DNA from: Podarcis tiliguerta
Lineage: Eukaryota
Reading direction: 5' to 3' (one strand)
DNA: 64,000 bases
Assembly (NCBI GenBank): GCA_965153285.1
Contig: OZ229111.1
In this document: one piece after another, positions 24,460-38,295 of the stretch
How positions within the stretch are numbered: the stretch's first letter is position 1
Layout: each line of letters begins with the position of its first letter
The notes under the pieces: model-generated
Database searches by the model: none
What the model was told of the DNA's origin: nothing
What the model saw: only the letters and a program-made list of their open reading frames with translations
Position numbers and translations under genes: made by a program

Positions 24460-27400
24460 GTCTACACCATCCTCCAAGTTTATCCAGCCCCCAAGCAACT
24501 TTTTCTGCCTTCTCCTCCAAAGATGGGGGGCAGAGAAATCTGCATGTGTGGCCTAAAAATGTTCACTCCAAAATCTTCCACAACAATATCTAGTTGCTGA
24601 TCAAGGTATTAAAACCTTCCCACACAATAATAGTAGGAAACTAAGTGACTTCCCTTTACACAAACCTGCAGGAAGCAGACTTTGGGCTGGCACCAATCTG
24701 TGGGCTAGTAATTGGAAAACACACATAACCCCCTTTTTGGTCTTTAGTGACAATATAAAACTGAAGCAGGAGGGTTTAAAGGCCCAGACCATGTATGATC
24801 CAGAATGCATGATCTACACGCCAGGAAAATAGCTGGTCCTACAATTCAGAGAAATGGATGCAAAATCTAAAAGCTTCCAAACACTGGTACACACTGACCA
24901 AAGAAAGGCAGGATGTGTAACTGGTGCCTGTTTGTCATGTAGTTTGCAAAGTTATGTTTCATTTTGCTTACACAAAGACAGAGATGGATTGCGCAATCCC
25001 AAAATGTACAAAAAGCCTTCTATGTTATGCCATCAAAATGAAGCAGGTGAACAAACAGAACTGAGTGTGTTTTGCATAATTCCAGCACATTTCAGAACGG
25101 GGAACCTTTTTGGTTCACGGGAGGCCCCATTGCCAATGAGCAATGTTGCCTCATCCCCGACAACTGCATTTTCCACTGTGCAGGGCTGCCTCTTTCGGAG
25201 TCTCGACATGTGATGTTTGACTTGCATCATTAATCAAGCGCCAACCTCAATCTTCTGGGGAACTCTAAGACTCAGGGCTGGCCCTTTATCTCAGCAGCAT
25301 CTCACAAACCACCCCCTCACAATAAGCACACTTCCTTATTAAACATCTTCTCCCTCCTAAAGCCTGAGAAGGAAGCATGACAGCTTGAGAGTTGAGAACC
25401 TGGCAGAAATTAGCTGCACCAATAGAGGCCAATTTGCAGAACGTGCCATCTATGATGAAACAATGCATATTAATCGCCCCAAGCAAGTTGTCTGTCTATA
25501 CCTTTTGTCTGGCTCCGTCACCATGTAAATCGACTGCTCTCTAAAGCAGTTCCCTCAACTGCAAGATGACCTCTTTTATCAGATCAAACATGGCCAGGTA
25601 CGCAAGTTCCAGTTTAAGTGAGCGGCAGCAGTGCCAGCTTCAATCTTCTGTAACCATTCAACTTTCCTATGGGTCCACCCTGCAGTCAAATTCTACTCAT
25701 GACGTGCTGGAGTGCTCCAACAATCCATGCTGGCCTGGTCTGGCACTCCACTTAAATGGGGGCAAGGGACTGCGTTTGGGAAGCACATCCACAGAAAGGC
25801 ACCCAAGAAAACGAAAACGCATGCACAAAAGAAACTAGTTACACTTTAACTGACCTTTTCCTCACACATGGCTTGGCAATTAAAGCAGGGGTGGCTAACT
25901 GGCCAGAGGGTCGTGTTCACCCTTGGCCAACCTTCTGGGAGCTGCATGACAGTGGTGAGTGTGGCCAGATCACATGGGGACATAGAAAGGTGGTTGTACA
26001 GAGTCAGGCCATCTATCTCAGGGCTGTCTGTACTGACAGGCAGCGTCTGGCAGTCTCTCACAGACCACCTGTAGGTGCCAGGAGCCAAACCTTTCACAAG
26101 CAAAGCAGATGGTCTGCCACTGAGCATCTTCCCCACATGTGCCACACATGCCCATAAAACAGGCAATCATGTGCAGCCTTCCCTCCCAAGCTGATCTATG
26201 CAGATCAGCTGGGGGAAAGGGGTTATCATCATCTCTCTGCATGTCAAAGGCCTGATCAGATGACTGGGTGATTTGCATTCTAGTTGAGGAGCTGGGCTCT
26301 GCGTCCCAGCACAGTCTCTACTTTATTTTAATTTTGCCAGAGCCAAAATCAGTAGGGACTTTGAGGGGTGGGCAGAAAAAAATTGCTGGGGGGGGGGCAA
26401 AACTAGAGTTACAATTTCGTCACCTCAATATAAAGAGTAGGGACCTTCCTGTCTTTCCAAATGTTATATATAGGTAAATCAGATCTAATTTGCATTAATA
26501 CCTGACCATTCCCCAGCTAATTATCCTACAATAAATACACACACACTGCAAAAATTTGTATTTGCAAATGAAAGAGTTGAGCACAGTAACTGGTAATATC
26601 CCCATGTTATGGAACCGCAAGTTTCCATCTGTGTTAATGCTTGAAAACAGAAGCTGAGGGTTCTATGCTTTTTTCTGGCTCAGACATTTCCAAATGAGAG
26701 CACTTGATGAATATTTCCCGTCCCTGCTTCCCATGCATCAGGAAGTTTCATCCAAAATGCCCCCATCTCAGATATTAGGTACTTGATCCTGGACAGCTTT
26801 AAGAGGGGGATTTTTTTGGAGGGGGAGGTCCTCATTCTTCAGCTAATCCTAACTGAGTAGTTTCAAATTGCTTGGAGAAAGATTTGTTCATTCTAGCACA
26901 GTCTGGGCCCCGCCTTGCAAATAAGTATATTCCTTTTTGTCAGGTCCCTCTAAAAGCTACATTCAAAGCCGTCTGAAAAGAGGTGCAGCTACCTCAAGCA
27001 CCAAACACTCCATCCATCCTACACACCTACATGTAAAGCCCTGAAGTACTCTCCACATTTGCATACAACTTTCCCTTGGGGTAGAATTCGAACACGCCAC
27101 CCTTCCGCTCAACCTACTGGCATGTTTGTTTTGACGACTGAGCTCTTTTTTTATTATGTGTACGCAGACTCTCCTGCCTTCCATTTCCCCAGTTCTAAGA
27201 CTCTGTTTTGTATCTATCTCAAGGTGCTCTTTTTAAAAAAGGAAAGAAGAATGAAGATAAAACACCAAAAGGTAATCAATTTGTCTAGGCTTAAAAAAAA
27301 AAAAAAAAGGTACTGTGGCTAGCGCAGACACCAGGTTAATAAAAACAAGTTTCCTTTTGTGCAGTCAACTGTGTGAAGGTGCATCTGAAGGGTTGAGGGG

Positions 27401-28129
27401 GAACAGCAGCAATTTAGCTAGCGCACTACAGTAACTCTACTCTAAAATAAGAGAAGTTTAAAAGGTTTGCTAGACATCTAGTAACCATGTATATCCAGTG
27501 GGGCATAGGCTGCAGGTATGTTCATGTTCCTCTCCCTTGTGTGCCACAGCGTAGGGTTGATCTCCCAAACCTTCCCCTCATAAAAAGGAGCCTGGAAGAT
27601 TGCCTATATTAACGTATGCCTTGCATCACCCATCTGCACAGTGAGGAGCCCAAATCATGTATGTAAATAAGCCGGGCTGACTGCATTTCCCAATCAATCA
27701 AGATGTCAGCCAGCCCTAACACCCTGATGCCAAATACATTGCGTGGAACTAGTTGAAACAATGGGATTTGGCTGCCAAGTAAGAGTGTCTCAACCTACAT
27801 AATTTATTCAAATTCACTTTTTTACACAACTGCTTGCGTGTAGGGAAAAACCCATGAACGTCATCAGACATGTGCCTATTTCACCTCACATCCAAGTGAT
27901 GAGGATTAAGATTCCCACTGTATGGAAACGTGACAAGAGAAGACACACAACCACCTACTTACTGTTTTACCTTCAAGGAAGTGATCTCTCTGTAGGAAAC
28001 TCAAGCCAAGCAACCCTTACCAGAGGCACTTAGGCACAAGAAGTTGTCGGAAATAAAACCCACTGATTTATGGTGCTCATTTGCATCTCGTATATTTAAA
28101 ACATCAGAAGTAATGGTATTTCTTTACTA

Positions 28130-28345
28130 CAGGTGTACTTCCCCCTTTCCTCCAAATAGCTCAACGAGCAGCATATGTTGTTCCACCCCACCCTTTATTT
28201 TCACAACAACCCTGTGAGGTAGATTAGACAGAGAGATGAAGACTGGCCAAAGGTCACCAGTGAGCTTAATGGCCAAGTGAGGATTAGAACCTGCATGTCC
28301 CCAGTCGCAGTCCAACAACCTAACCACTGTGCCACACCAGCTCTC
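28130..28345 (-). mobile_element. Older CORE/MIR-like SINE
   Basis: caacaaccctgtgaggtag...aaggtcaccagtgagctt...ctaaccactgtgccacaccag. Confidence 0.75.
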
Positions 28346-28409
28346 TTGTTACCCTGATATATTTTGCTTCTTTACTTAGAAAATTTATAAACCACTTGCT
28401 CAAAAAGTA

Positions 28410-28644
28410 CAGTCATACCTCGGGATAAATGTGCTTCAAGTTAAGTATTTTCGGGTTGCGCTCCACGGAGACCCGGAAGTAATGGAGCACGTTACTTCCA
28501 GATTCCGCCGCACGCGCATGCGCAAACGGTCAAAATGACTTCACACACATGCGCAGAAGCAGCGAAACGCGACCCACACAGACGCAGGTTGCGTTCACTT
28601 CAGGATGTGAACGGGACTCCGGAATGGATCCTGTGGTATCACTG
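28410..28644. mobile_element. Tc1/mariner MITE, family B (NRF1/ETS-motif rich)
   Basis: TA-CAGTCATACCTCGGG...GGTATCACTG-TA; related to 48022 and 57672. Confidence 0.85.
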
Positions 28645-30734
28645 TACTTCGAATGGTGTACAGGTTCACACATACACGACAAAAAAAAAATGCACCATAG
28701 AAAAGTACACGGTTACCAATCTTTATCCAACTCCTGGACTGGAAGGTTAGAACCACACTAGAAATATGCCATAAGCAGATGAACACAACTAGTTTCTTCT
28801 ATTTTGCAGTCTACATAACACCAAACACAGCTTTTCCTTTGATGGCCTTACTCTAGAATTACTCTCAAATGAGAAAAACGGATCATTATTCAAAAGTTGC
28901 TAAGTGAAACCTGCCACAAAGTTTTGAAGTGTGGAGCGGCTCCTATTTACGATTCTAGCCTGCCACCCATTTTCAACTCTGGTTTTCCCTCTCTCCCACC
29001 TGTGTTGAACCAAAGGTGAACTTGTTCCGGGAGCTTTGCTAACACTATCTTGGTAGTCAAGATTAACCCCACAACTAATTGGTAGTTGTTGTAGGAATGA
29101 GCTTTGATATACGTGAATTGGCTTGCTTTGATGTTACCCTTATCTGTGGGGCTTGGGGTGCTGGGCTCTGAGCCCAGAAAAGGGGAGCTATCCGAAAGGT
29201 TTGGATATTTGCCACCTATGCCCTCATCTGGCCAGGAGGAGTGATGGGAAACCCTGGCCAAGATACATAAGCTGCAATTTTCTTAGGCAATGTTTATAGT
29301 AAGTATAATATAACCCAGGGCAGCGAAACTGAGTTTATGTAGCTTAATGCATCAAAAGGTTAGCCAGTAATCCCACCTCAGGCAATGTGGTCAAATACAT
29401 AAAGCCAAGATGCAGTTGGCCTCTACAGTTATCATCCATGCCCACCTTAGGCAATGTTGTGAAGATGCTTCACACCGTATAAACACTGGCCTGTAGGGCT
29501 ATTTTGTGATATTGTGCATGTTTTTAAAAAGCAAGCTTCTAGTCCTCATACGTAGAAGGAAAACATCTGCAAGCGTCATGTACTAAAGGTTCAAACAGCA
29601 GGGGCTTGCTGCAGTCAAGGGGCCTTCCTTGCCCCTACCTGCTCCCCACACCTACTGCATCCTTTTGAGGTCTGTTTCTTTCCGCCATTTCAATCCTTTA
29701 AAACATTCTGGATTCTGAGGGGAGAAAACCCACCCGACTGGAGTCAAAATGGTCTAACAAAGCAATGTCAAAATCAAGCCTGAAGGAAAAATTTTGTCCA
29801 ACTCTGAAGCCTGTGCAAAATACTAGCTAGACCCCACCCACTTTTGGCCTCTGGCCCTGAGCAAACTACTTCTGAGGGAATGTGGCCCTCAGAATGTGGC
29901 CCTCGCCTGGGAGTGGAGGTTCCCCAGCCCCTTTAACCCTGCAGTCTCCTCACTTGTTCATTTTTAATTCTTTTTTATTTTTTAAACAAAACCCATCTCT
30001 GAATTAATTCTGAGGAGATCCAGAACATTTTTGGCACGAAGCATCGTTGTGGCATGTTGCTTTGCTTTGTTTCTCCAACGCCAACAGAATAGGCGTCATG
30101 TGAGTCCAGTAAGTCACTGTAAAAACACACACACAGAAACTACCAGAGCCTTGCTTTATTGGAAGGTGTGTTCTGGGGGTCATGTTTACTAGAGGGCAAG
30201 TTTCCTGTGTCACAAACAAGCCGAATCAAAAGAACTACAGTCCACAACATATATGGCAAAAACACTGCCAGTGAACACCATTGTCCTGAGGAGAAATGAA
30301 CATTTCCCTCCAAGTAGCGCGTGCCAGATTAAACAATCCCAGAATAGACCAAAGGGGTGGGGGAAGAGTGAGAGAAAGAAAGAAACCCCACATCAGTTTT
30401 AGTCTATTTAGACACAGTGAACATGGCTGCCCTCTCTAAAAGGCAGGGCCCCATGTTAGCAGCCTCACAGTGATCAGCAGCGTTACCACAACAAACAGAG
30501 AAGTTACAAAACTAGCAAGGAGGGGGCTTCTTGCTCGGGTTACAAGAGACCTCCAATCCCACATACACACACCTGCAGGGACATCCATGCTAGGGTCACA
30601 TAACACAACTTGGTGAAATACAATACCAACCTAAAATCCAATGGATCTTTCAAGAGGAGAAAAATAGGTGTGAAAAGTAACTTAAAATTGACAACACCTC
30701 TTATAATATAACAAGGGCGGGGGGACTACATATG

Positions 30735-30788
30735 TACACACACACACACACAGACACACACAGAGAGAGAGAGAGAGACAGAGAGAGA
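30735..30788. repeat. (CA)n(GA)n microsatellite
   Basis: Direct reading. Confidence 0.9.
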
Positions 30789-30834
30789 TTTTTTCTTTAA
30801 CTTAATGTATAAGTAGTTTTTAAGATTAGGAATA

Positions 30835-31235
30835 ATAGGGAGCTGCCTGGCACTGTCAATCTATTGGTCCCTGTGGCTCAGTTCCTAGACCAGTGTTTCT
30901 CAAACTTGAGACCCCAGCTGCTGTTGGACTACAGCTCCTATTATCACTGACCACTGGTCTTGCTCACTAGGGATGATGGGAGCTGTAGTCCAACAACAGC
31001 TGGAGACCCAAGCTTGAGAAACACTGTCCTAGATATTGCTGAACTACAACTCCCAAGCTGCTTGGTCAGGGGATTATAGGAGTTGTAGACCAGAAACATC
31101 TAGAGCACTGAGTCTACAATGCTGACAGTGGCTCTCTAGGGTTGCAGACAAGAGTCTTCCAACCCATCTTGAGATGATAGGGATTGGACTCGAGACCTTT
31201 TACATGCAAACCACACGCTCCGCGTTGAAGCTAAA
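30835..31235 (-). mobile_element. tRNA-derived squamate SINE (Squam3-like) interrupted by two nested hAT MITEs
   Basis: Flanks join into the antisense of the SINE seen at 60740; the central part is hAT MITE sequence. Confidence 0.65.
30891..31026. mobile_element. hAT palindromic MITE
   Basis: CAGTGTTTCTCAA TIRs; TSD tcctagac/tcctagat (7 of 8). Confidence 0.88.
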
Positions 31236-32292
31236 GCCCTTCCCTGTGTTTTGGGTTGGAACAATAAAATACACAGTCATGTCAAGTAATATGCTTTGCT
31301 GATAGTAAATGATGGGCAATTTTTATATAGGTTTTTTTTAAAGGCACACAAATGGAAAGTTCAGGGTTAATTTGCAATCCAGAGCAAACACACAGAACAG
31401 CCATTCACAAACAAAGGTAGTTCCTGGTCTCTAGGAGAACCAGCCAATATAGTTCAAAGATGAGCATATGCATAAGCGCTCCACCCAGCTAAATCAGTGT
31501 GCGTGGGGAACAATTTCTGTGAAGGCCATAATGGAACGTTTGTGAACACCCCGCCAAATCAGCTCAGGGGATTCCCCCGGAGCAGATTTGGGGTGATGTA
31601 CCCAAGGAGCAGCAGTTCCATTATGCTTGAGCAAGTTGTTCCACACATACATTTTTTTATTACTGGATTCAATCCAAAGACTCAAAAGGCAGGAGAGGCC
31701 TGCTGACCATAGAAACAACTCAGGGCACTGTGAGACCTGCAAAATTCAAGTACTGTAGAGAAATGAAATCTAAAGAACACATATGCATCTTCAGAAGAAG
31801 CAAGTGGCCAGAAAATTGTAGCTTCCTTTACTTTTTTGAATGATTTGCAGCAGAAAATAGATTGTTCCATCCATGCAACAAATCAAAGCTATGTGTGCTA
31901 TGAAAAATGTGGACAGGCCCAAGCACAAAGTTCTTTTTACACCTCAGTCTCAGTTCTACTATGTCTACTTTATAAATGGCAAATTGCCTGTGGCAAGCAA
32001 ACTTGAGGAAGTTGACGTGGGTGGAGCTAGGGCAGAATAGAACCTCCATTATAGTAACTCGATGTTAAAAGGGTGGATTTTGCAACCAGGGTGGAAAAAA
32101 ACCAAGGAACAGGTTCAACTTTGCAATGTAGATGTATCCCTATCAGCAAGAGCCAGGCTCCTTTTTCCTTCTCATCTACAGACTAATTTAGCTAGCAGCT
32201 TGCAACATCCTAGAAACCTCTGGAGAGGTCCAACACAAAAGAGTACAGCAGAAAAGCATCTCTGTCACCAGCTTCTCCTCACTTCCTGGTAA

Positions 32293-32646
32293 AGGGTACC
32301 CCTGCCCGTACGGGCCAGTCTTGCCAGACTCTAGGGTTGTGCGCTCATCTCACTCTATAGGCCGGGAGCCAGTGCTGTCCGCAGACACTTCCGGGTCACG
32401 TGGCCAGTGTGACATCGCTGCTCTGGTGAGCCAGAGCCACACACGGAAACGCCGTTTACCTTCCCGCTAGTAAGCGGTCCCTATTTATCTACTTGCACCC
32501 GGAGCTGCTTTCGAACTGCTAGGTTGGCAGGCGCTGGGACCGAACGACGGGAGCGCACCCCGCCACGGGGATTCGAACCGCCGACCATGCGATCGGCAAG
32601 TCCTAGGCGCTGAGGTTTTACCCACAGCGCCACCCGCGTCCCCTTC
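32293..32646 (-). mobile_element. Full-length Sauria SINE
   Basis: Recognisable antisense Sauria SINE (ggtaaaggg...ggaaacgccgtttaccttcccgc...gattcgaaccgccgacc...cagcgccacccgcgtccc); 13-bp TSD cacttcctggtaa (32280-32292, 32647-32659). Confidence 0.93.
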
Positions 32647-34520
32647 CACTTCCTGGTAAGTCCTCACAATTTTGTGTAATCATTCTAATTTTAGCATCTT
32701 AAAACACACACACACCTCCTGTCAGGTCTCTCCCCCCCCCCCCAGTCGTCACCCCAAATGCCTGCTGTCAACACCCATTTTGCAGCTGAAGGTGGGAGGG
32801 GGGGACTTAAAATGGTGAGGGCCAGCCCGCAGAAGGAAGAATTAGATCACTGTGTTCGGTGTGTACAAAAAAAAAAAAAAAGGAAAAAAAGCCTGCCGAA
32901 CTTCAGAAAGGAAGAGGAGAACATGACTAACAGAAAAATGGGTGTGTGTGTTATGAAACAGCTGCCTGGGAAAAAGTGTGCAGCAGCCCAAAGAAAGGAG
33001 TGGGGAGGAGGAGAAAGAAACAGCAGCAGGGAAGGGTTCCTTTACCAATGCCCCAGTTTTAAAGGAGCAACAGGCCATTACTCCTTAAAGAATAAGGTAT
33101 AGAAGTACCACTGGACCACACAGCCTAGACACCCCCTTGTAAATGAAGGTAACTCAACGGAACAGTAACACCCAAACATACAGCCCAGAAAATCCGTTCT
33201 CCCTCTTGTTGCATTTGCTATTGGATGTAGCAGAGAGACGGTGTAACCTATCTTAGCTGCAGGTGAGTTAACTCACCATCAAGCAGCACAGCCTGGCAGG
33301 AGCAAGCCCAGAACAGGCAGAAAGCAGGACCTATATAATTATAAACAGGGTTCAGCAGGGAGGAAACCATTGCATAATGCTCCCTTATACATGACTCAAC
33401 CTTCCTGCCTGTCAAATTAAAAACAAACAAACGCAGCAACAACAAAATCCTAACAGAAGCTTTGCAAACTAAGGATTGGCAAGCGGAAGCACAGAAGGTA
33501 ACCTTGACCTTCCTGGCATAAAACAAGCCCAGCTCGCCACGTGGGGCAAACACTCTTTTGCAATCCCAAGCAATTCAACCTTAACACTCAATGCAGCCTA
33601 ATAAGGAGGGGAATAGACTTTTTTGAGCTTCATATGCTGATTTATAGAAAACTATACTATCTCGGCTACCACAAAGATCTCATCCTGTCCCTCTATCACT
33701 AGCCTTGCACTGGAAGCTCCACTGTATGTTTCATACGGCCACAGTTCAGTGTGGGATGGTTGTGCAAGTATGTTTTTAAAACAGAGAAGGCATTCACATG
33801 TGCCACAACAGGAGCATTAATTCCAACTGATTCGCTGCAAGTCAGAATCACGCTATCAGCTGCTATGTGTGTGGGAAAACGGCACCATTTGTGCCTGCAG
33901 CAAGCTGTGCAAAGTTAATATAATTAAAACAGTTAAGCTGTCACAGATCTCTTTTATTAAAGGCAAAGTCAATGCAGTGGTGTGAAGTGACCCCAAATGG
34001 CATCATTGAACACATCCATTGGCAAAGAAAACAGCCTGGGTCATCGTCTATTTAGGGGTGAAGGCGTCAGGTAAACAGGGTGCCCACCCCCAGGATAAAG
34101 CAAAATGGTTTGTGATAAGCAATACACTGACAGCCAAATCAACAGTGTTGCTAAACAGAAACCCACCAACAGCCACAGCTGGACTGCTGCGAAAAGGAAG
34201 TCTTAGGAAAGAGCCGATTCATGCGCTGGGCACATGACTGTGAGTTTGTCACTTGTCCACTTTGTGCCTCCTGGTGAACTCCTGTAATATTTGAAGATTC
34301 ACGTCTATAAACATGTGGGGGCAAACCACCCCCTTGTGACACAAGCCCATCAAGCACCTTTAAAGACATGTATTTACCTTTCAAACACTCTAGCAACTAC
34401 TCAAGTGTACCTGAGAGGCAAATTTGTCTGCTGTGTAGGAGAAATGAGAACTTTCCATGCAGAGAAAACACACAGGCACAGCGGTATCTTCACTGTCAAG
34501 CTACATTCATAAATATCACA

Positions 34521-34824
34521 GGCCGCATCCACAGCATACATTTAAAGCACCACTATACCACGGCAACAGCCATAGCTTCCCCCAAAGAATTATGGGAACT
34601 GTAGTTTAAGGGTGCTGAGAAGAGAGCCCTATTCCCACCACTGAGCTACAATTCCCAGAGTTCCCTGGGAAGAAGGATTGGTTGTTTAAGCACTCTGAGA
34701 ATTGTAGCAGAGGTCTCCTAACTCTCAGGTCCCCTTAAATGACGGTTCCCAGGATTCTTTGGGGGAAGCTAAAGCTATTCAAAGTGCTGTAACAGAGCTT
34801 TAAATGTATGGTGTATTGGCAGTC
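34521..34824. mobile_element. Palindromic non-autonomous DNA element (PIF/Harbinger-like MITE)
   Basis: Long imperfect inverted arms (catacatttaaagc...cttcccccaaagaat / attctttgggggaag...gctttaaatgtatg); related copies at ~40746-40900 and ~58265-58430. Confidence 0.7.
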
Positions 34825-35636
34825 TTTGAATCACAGAGATCTGCTTTGCAGTACAAGACATTGCCACTAAACACAAGGCCAAAGTTAGAGCATATTAAAC
34901 AGCCAGTTGCCTAGGACAACTGCAATTGTCAGAAGGTATTATCAATGCCGTTTTGTCTTGAGATGATCCTATACAAACATGCCAGTTTCAAACTAGGTTT
35001 ACTGTGTTGAAGAATTTATTTTGCTTTTGACAGTCATGGGAAGGGACAACTAGCTAAGCAGGGTCCCAAAGCCTCACCTCTGGCAATTACTTTTGCCCTC
35101 ACCCCCCACTTAAGATTTTATGTAGGTCCATGGGGTGCTCAGTGCTCTGTCAAGCACTAAGTTCTGGCCTTTTGCTTTGTGGAATCTCAGAATATACATA
35201 GCTGTGTAAAAACAATAAAAATTCCAATGTTGCTCAACACATCTCGACAGCACTCCGACATATTAAATTCAATTATTCCTCGTAGCCTAAGCCACTTTCC
35301 ATTCATCATTCCAATGGCCTCTGGCCACAATCCCTGAGCCTCTGAAGCTGCTTCAGCCCCTCAGACATCACAAGGCGCTACTATTTTCTACGTGATTTGT
35401 GAGTCGCCCTGAAGGAGAGTAAGTAACTGCAACTCCACTGCATGGTTAACAATCAAAGCCTGCTATACCTGCAACACGGAATGAGAGATCAAAAATATTT
35501 TTTTAAAAAAAATTAAAACTGCATTTATTTGGGAAATAGAGCATTTGTCCATATTTGCTTCTATTAGCCTAGAAATTGAGCTTTTGTTGGTGTCAAGGCT
35601 GCAGCTGGACAAAAGAAAAAAAGGAGAAAGGTTGGA

Positions 35637-35640
<4 letters not shown>

Positions 35641-35668
<28 letters not shown>
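35641..35668. repeat. (TG)n microsatellite
   Basis: Direct reading. Confidence 0.95.
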
Positions 35669-35673
<5 letters not shown>

Positions 35674-37844
35674 CAATCATTTTATTTTTTTAGTTTTCAT
35701 TTTTTCCTTAATATAAAAATGTTCATCCTACCCTGTTGCTGCTCATGCAGCATTCAGGGCAGTTCACAACAATGTAAAATCGCACTACACTAGCACATAG
35801 TCAAACAGAAAAATAAAACAATAGGAGAGACAAAATAAACTACATTAACATCCATTTGAAAGCAGCAACAGGAGAGATCACAGGTAAAACTAACCATATA
35901 TATTTTTAAGTCCTTTGAAGTGTTTAGGCTACTTGCATTCTAACACATTTTTGTTCCTTCATATGCTCACCACCTGACCAAAGACTTTCGGCTGATCTTG
36001 GGAGAAGGAAAGTGACATCAAGTCTGGTTTCAATAGTTCTGAAATAAACCCTGAAATAGCTCCACTTACAGCACACCAATTGTAGCAGAAATAGTGCCGA
36101 TTTACACATTATGAATGAGTGTTCATGCAAGCATTGACTAGAGCATGTATGGCCACATGACCAGTACAGTGCACTTATGACACCACGTATATCATCTCAC
36201 ATAACACCTTGCTGTTCACCTGAGCATGCACGTGTGTGCGCGCATGTGTGCGTGCAAAGAACTTCGAACCACAAATGAACACTGCATGATCCTGATGTAT
36301 TAAAACAATGCTCAGTGGGGGAGAGGTGGCTTCTAGGAGGAAGTCTGGACCTTCCATTACAGGCTGGCTGTGGCCAATGCCACAAGCGCTACGATAACGC
36401 GCATGCTTACACAGAATGCTACGAAAAGGCTCTGGTTTCAGCTGGTCATTTATATAGCACTGACAATGTGCACAGTACAGAGCAAAGCAAAGCAAGCAAC
36501 ACACCCGCAGGTTCCTGCCCCAAGGAGATTACAATGTACAGTTCAACATTGGGGAGACGAAGGCAGAGGGAGAAGAAAAGGGTGAGGCAAGAACAAAAGA
36601 AAGCAATCAAGATGCAAACTTAGGAACATGTTGCAGCACTGACAGAGCCAGGGGAAAGATCTTATATTGTCCCAGCACAAAGAAAGCACACACAAAGCAG
36701 TCATGGCATGTTCACAATAGACAAAACTAAAGTGCCTAGAAACGTACAAAGCCACAAGCAAGCATCTTACGCCACTGCTCCGTAAACATCCAGCGCACTT
36801 GATAGCCTTAAATATTTTATAGTAAGCTGTAGTAGGAAGGAGAAGATCCCCAAGCCACCCTTACAATCAAACGCGTGCGCGAGCACACACACACACATAC
36901 ACACACACCAATTTCTTTTGTCCACATCCAATTATGTAGTTGGCCTTGACATATATTCAAATGGAGCTTGGCTGTGTTTTTCAGAACTCAATAAACTAAG
37001 CAAACAGACAATCATCCTGGGTGCTGGAGGAACTACAGAAAACGTTGACGTAGCTACTGCTTGCCTTTACTCAATTCTGCGTTGCTCATTCACTTTAGCA
37101 GCCCAACTATTCTCCAACAAACAAGGCTGCTTGTGTTACCTCTACTACCTCTTGCCTACATATATGTACCCTGCTTATCAATAAAACCATGCCCTAGGTG
37201 GGCTTACAAAGGTAAAACCAAAAAATAGAAATAAAGCTATAAGCCAACAATGAGAGCTAGAGGAACATATAAGGAGAGGAATAAAACAACGACAAAAGCA
37301 ATTGCTGCTAAATACATTTGTTAAATTTGCACCTTGGCCTTTCCACCCCATGGTGCTCAAGGTGGCTCACAGTGAAATAAGTTCTGGGTAAAACGCACAC
37401 ACAATTTTTTTTTGCCAGGAGTCAAAAACACAAACCGTTAGGTGCCAAGCATACGGAGCTGCAGGGGAAACAATTCTGGAGTCAAGGTAGCACTAGACAG
37501 AAGGACTCAAGAAGGCACTAGACAGAAGTCTCAACCGCCAACCAGCTGATCTTGGCTGGCTAGGGCATCTGAAGGAAGAACTCCTCAGATGACCTCAAGG
37601 AATGGGTAAGTTTGTACAGGAATAGGCAGCCTTTGAGATACTATAAGCAAGATCCTATGGCCATCTAGAACTTGCTGGTCTACAACTCCCTTCATCCCTG
37701 AGCATTTCAACCTCTGGAGGGCCACAGGCTCCCCATTCCTTCCCTATACAGGGTGGGATCATGTCTCATAGGTTAACAGCAGCATGTTGACTAAAGCCTC
37801 AGGACACACAACATAACGCTCTTGAAACTGGCAAGCTGTGCTCC

Positions 37845-38295
37845 AAATGGCCTGGTCATGTTGTGCGGATGCCTGATTATCGTCTTCCAAAGCAAATACT
37901 CTCTTCCAAACTTAAAAATGGAAAGCGTATTGCTGGTGGTCAATGAAAGAGGTTTAAAGACTGTCTCAAGGCAAATCTAGAAAAATGTAGTATAACACTG
38001 ACAATTGGGAAACACTGGCCTGTGAGCGCTCCAACTGGAGAACAGCCTTTACCAAAGGTATCATGGGCTTTGAAGACACTCGAACTCAGGATGCAAGGGA
38101 GAAACGTGCTCAGAGGAAGGCACATTTGGCAAATCCACACCATGATCAACTCCCGCCTGGAGACCAATATCCCCACTGTGGAAGGTCGTGTGGATCCAGA
38201 ATTGGCCTCCACAGTCACTTACGGGCTCATTTTTAAAACCGTGTTTATGGAAGGCAATCTTACTCGGCTACGAGTGATTGCCAAAGAAGAAGAAT
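37845..38295 (+). mobile_element. RTE-clade LINE 3' fragment
   Basis: Translates WPGHVVRMPDYRLPKQIL...GKRIAGGQ*KRFKDCLKANL, then GFEDTR...PHCGRSCGSRIGLHSHLRAH (RTE ORF C-terminus), ending in a (GAA)n tail. Confidence 0.88.
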
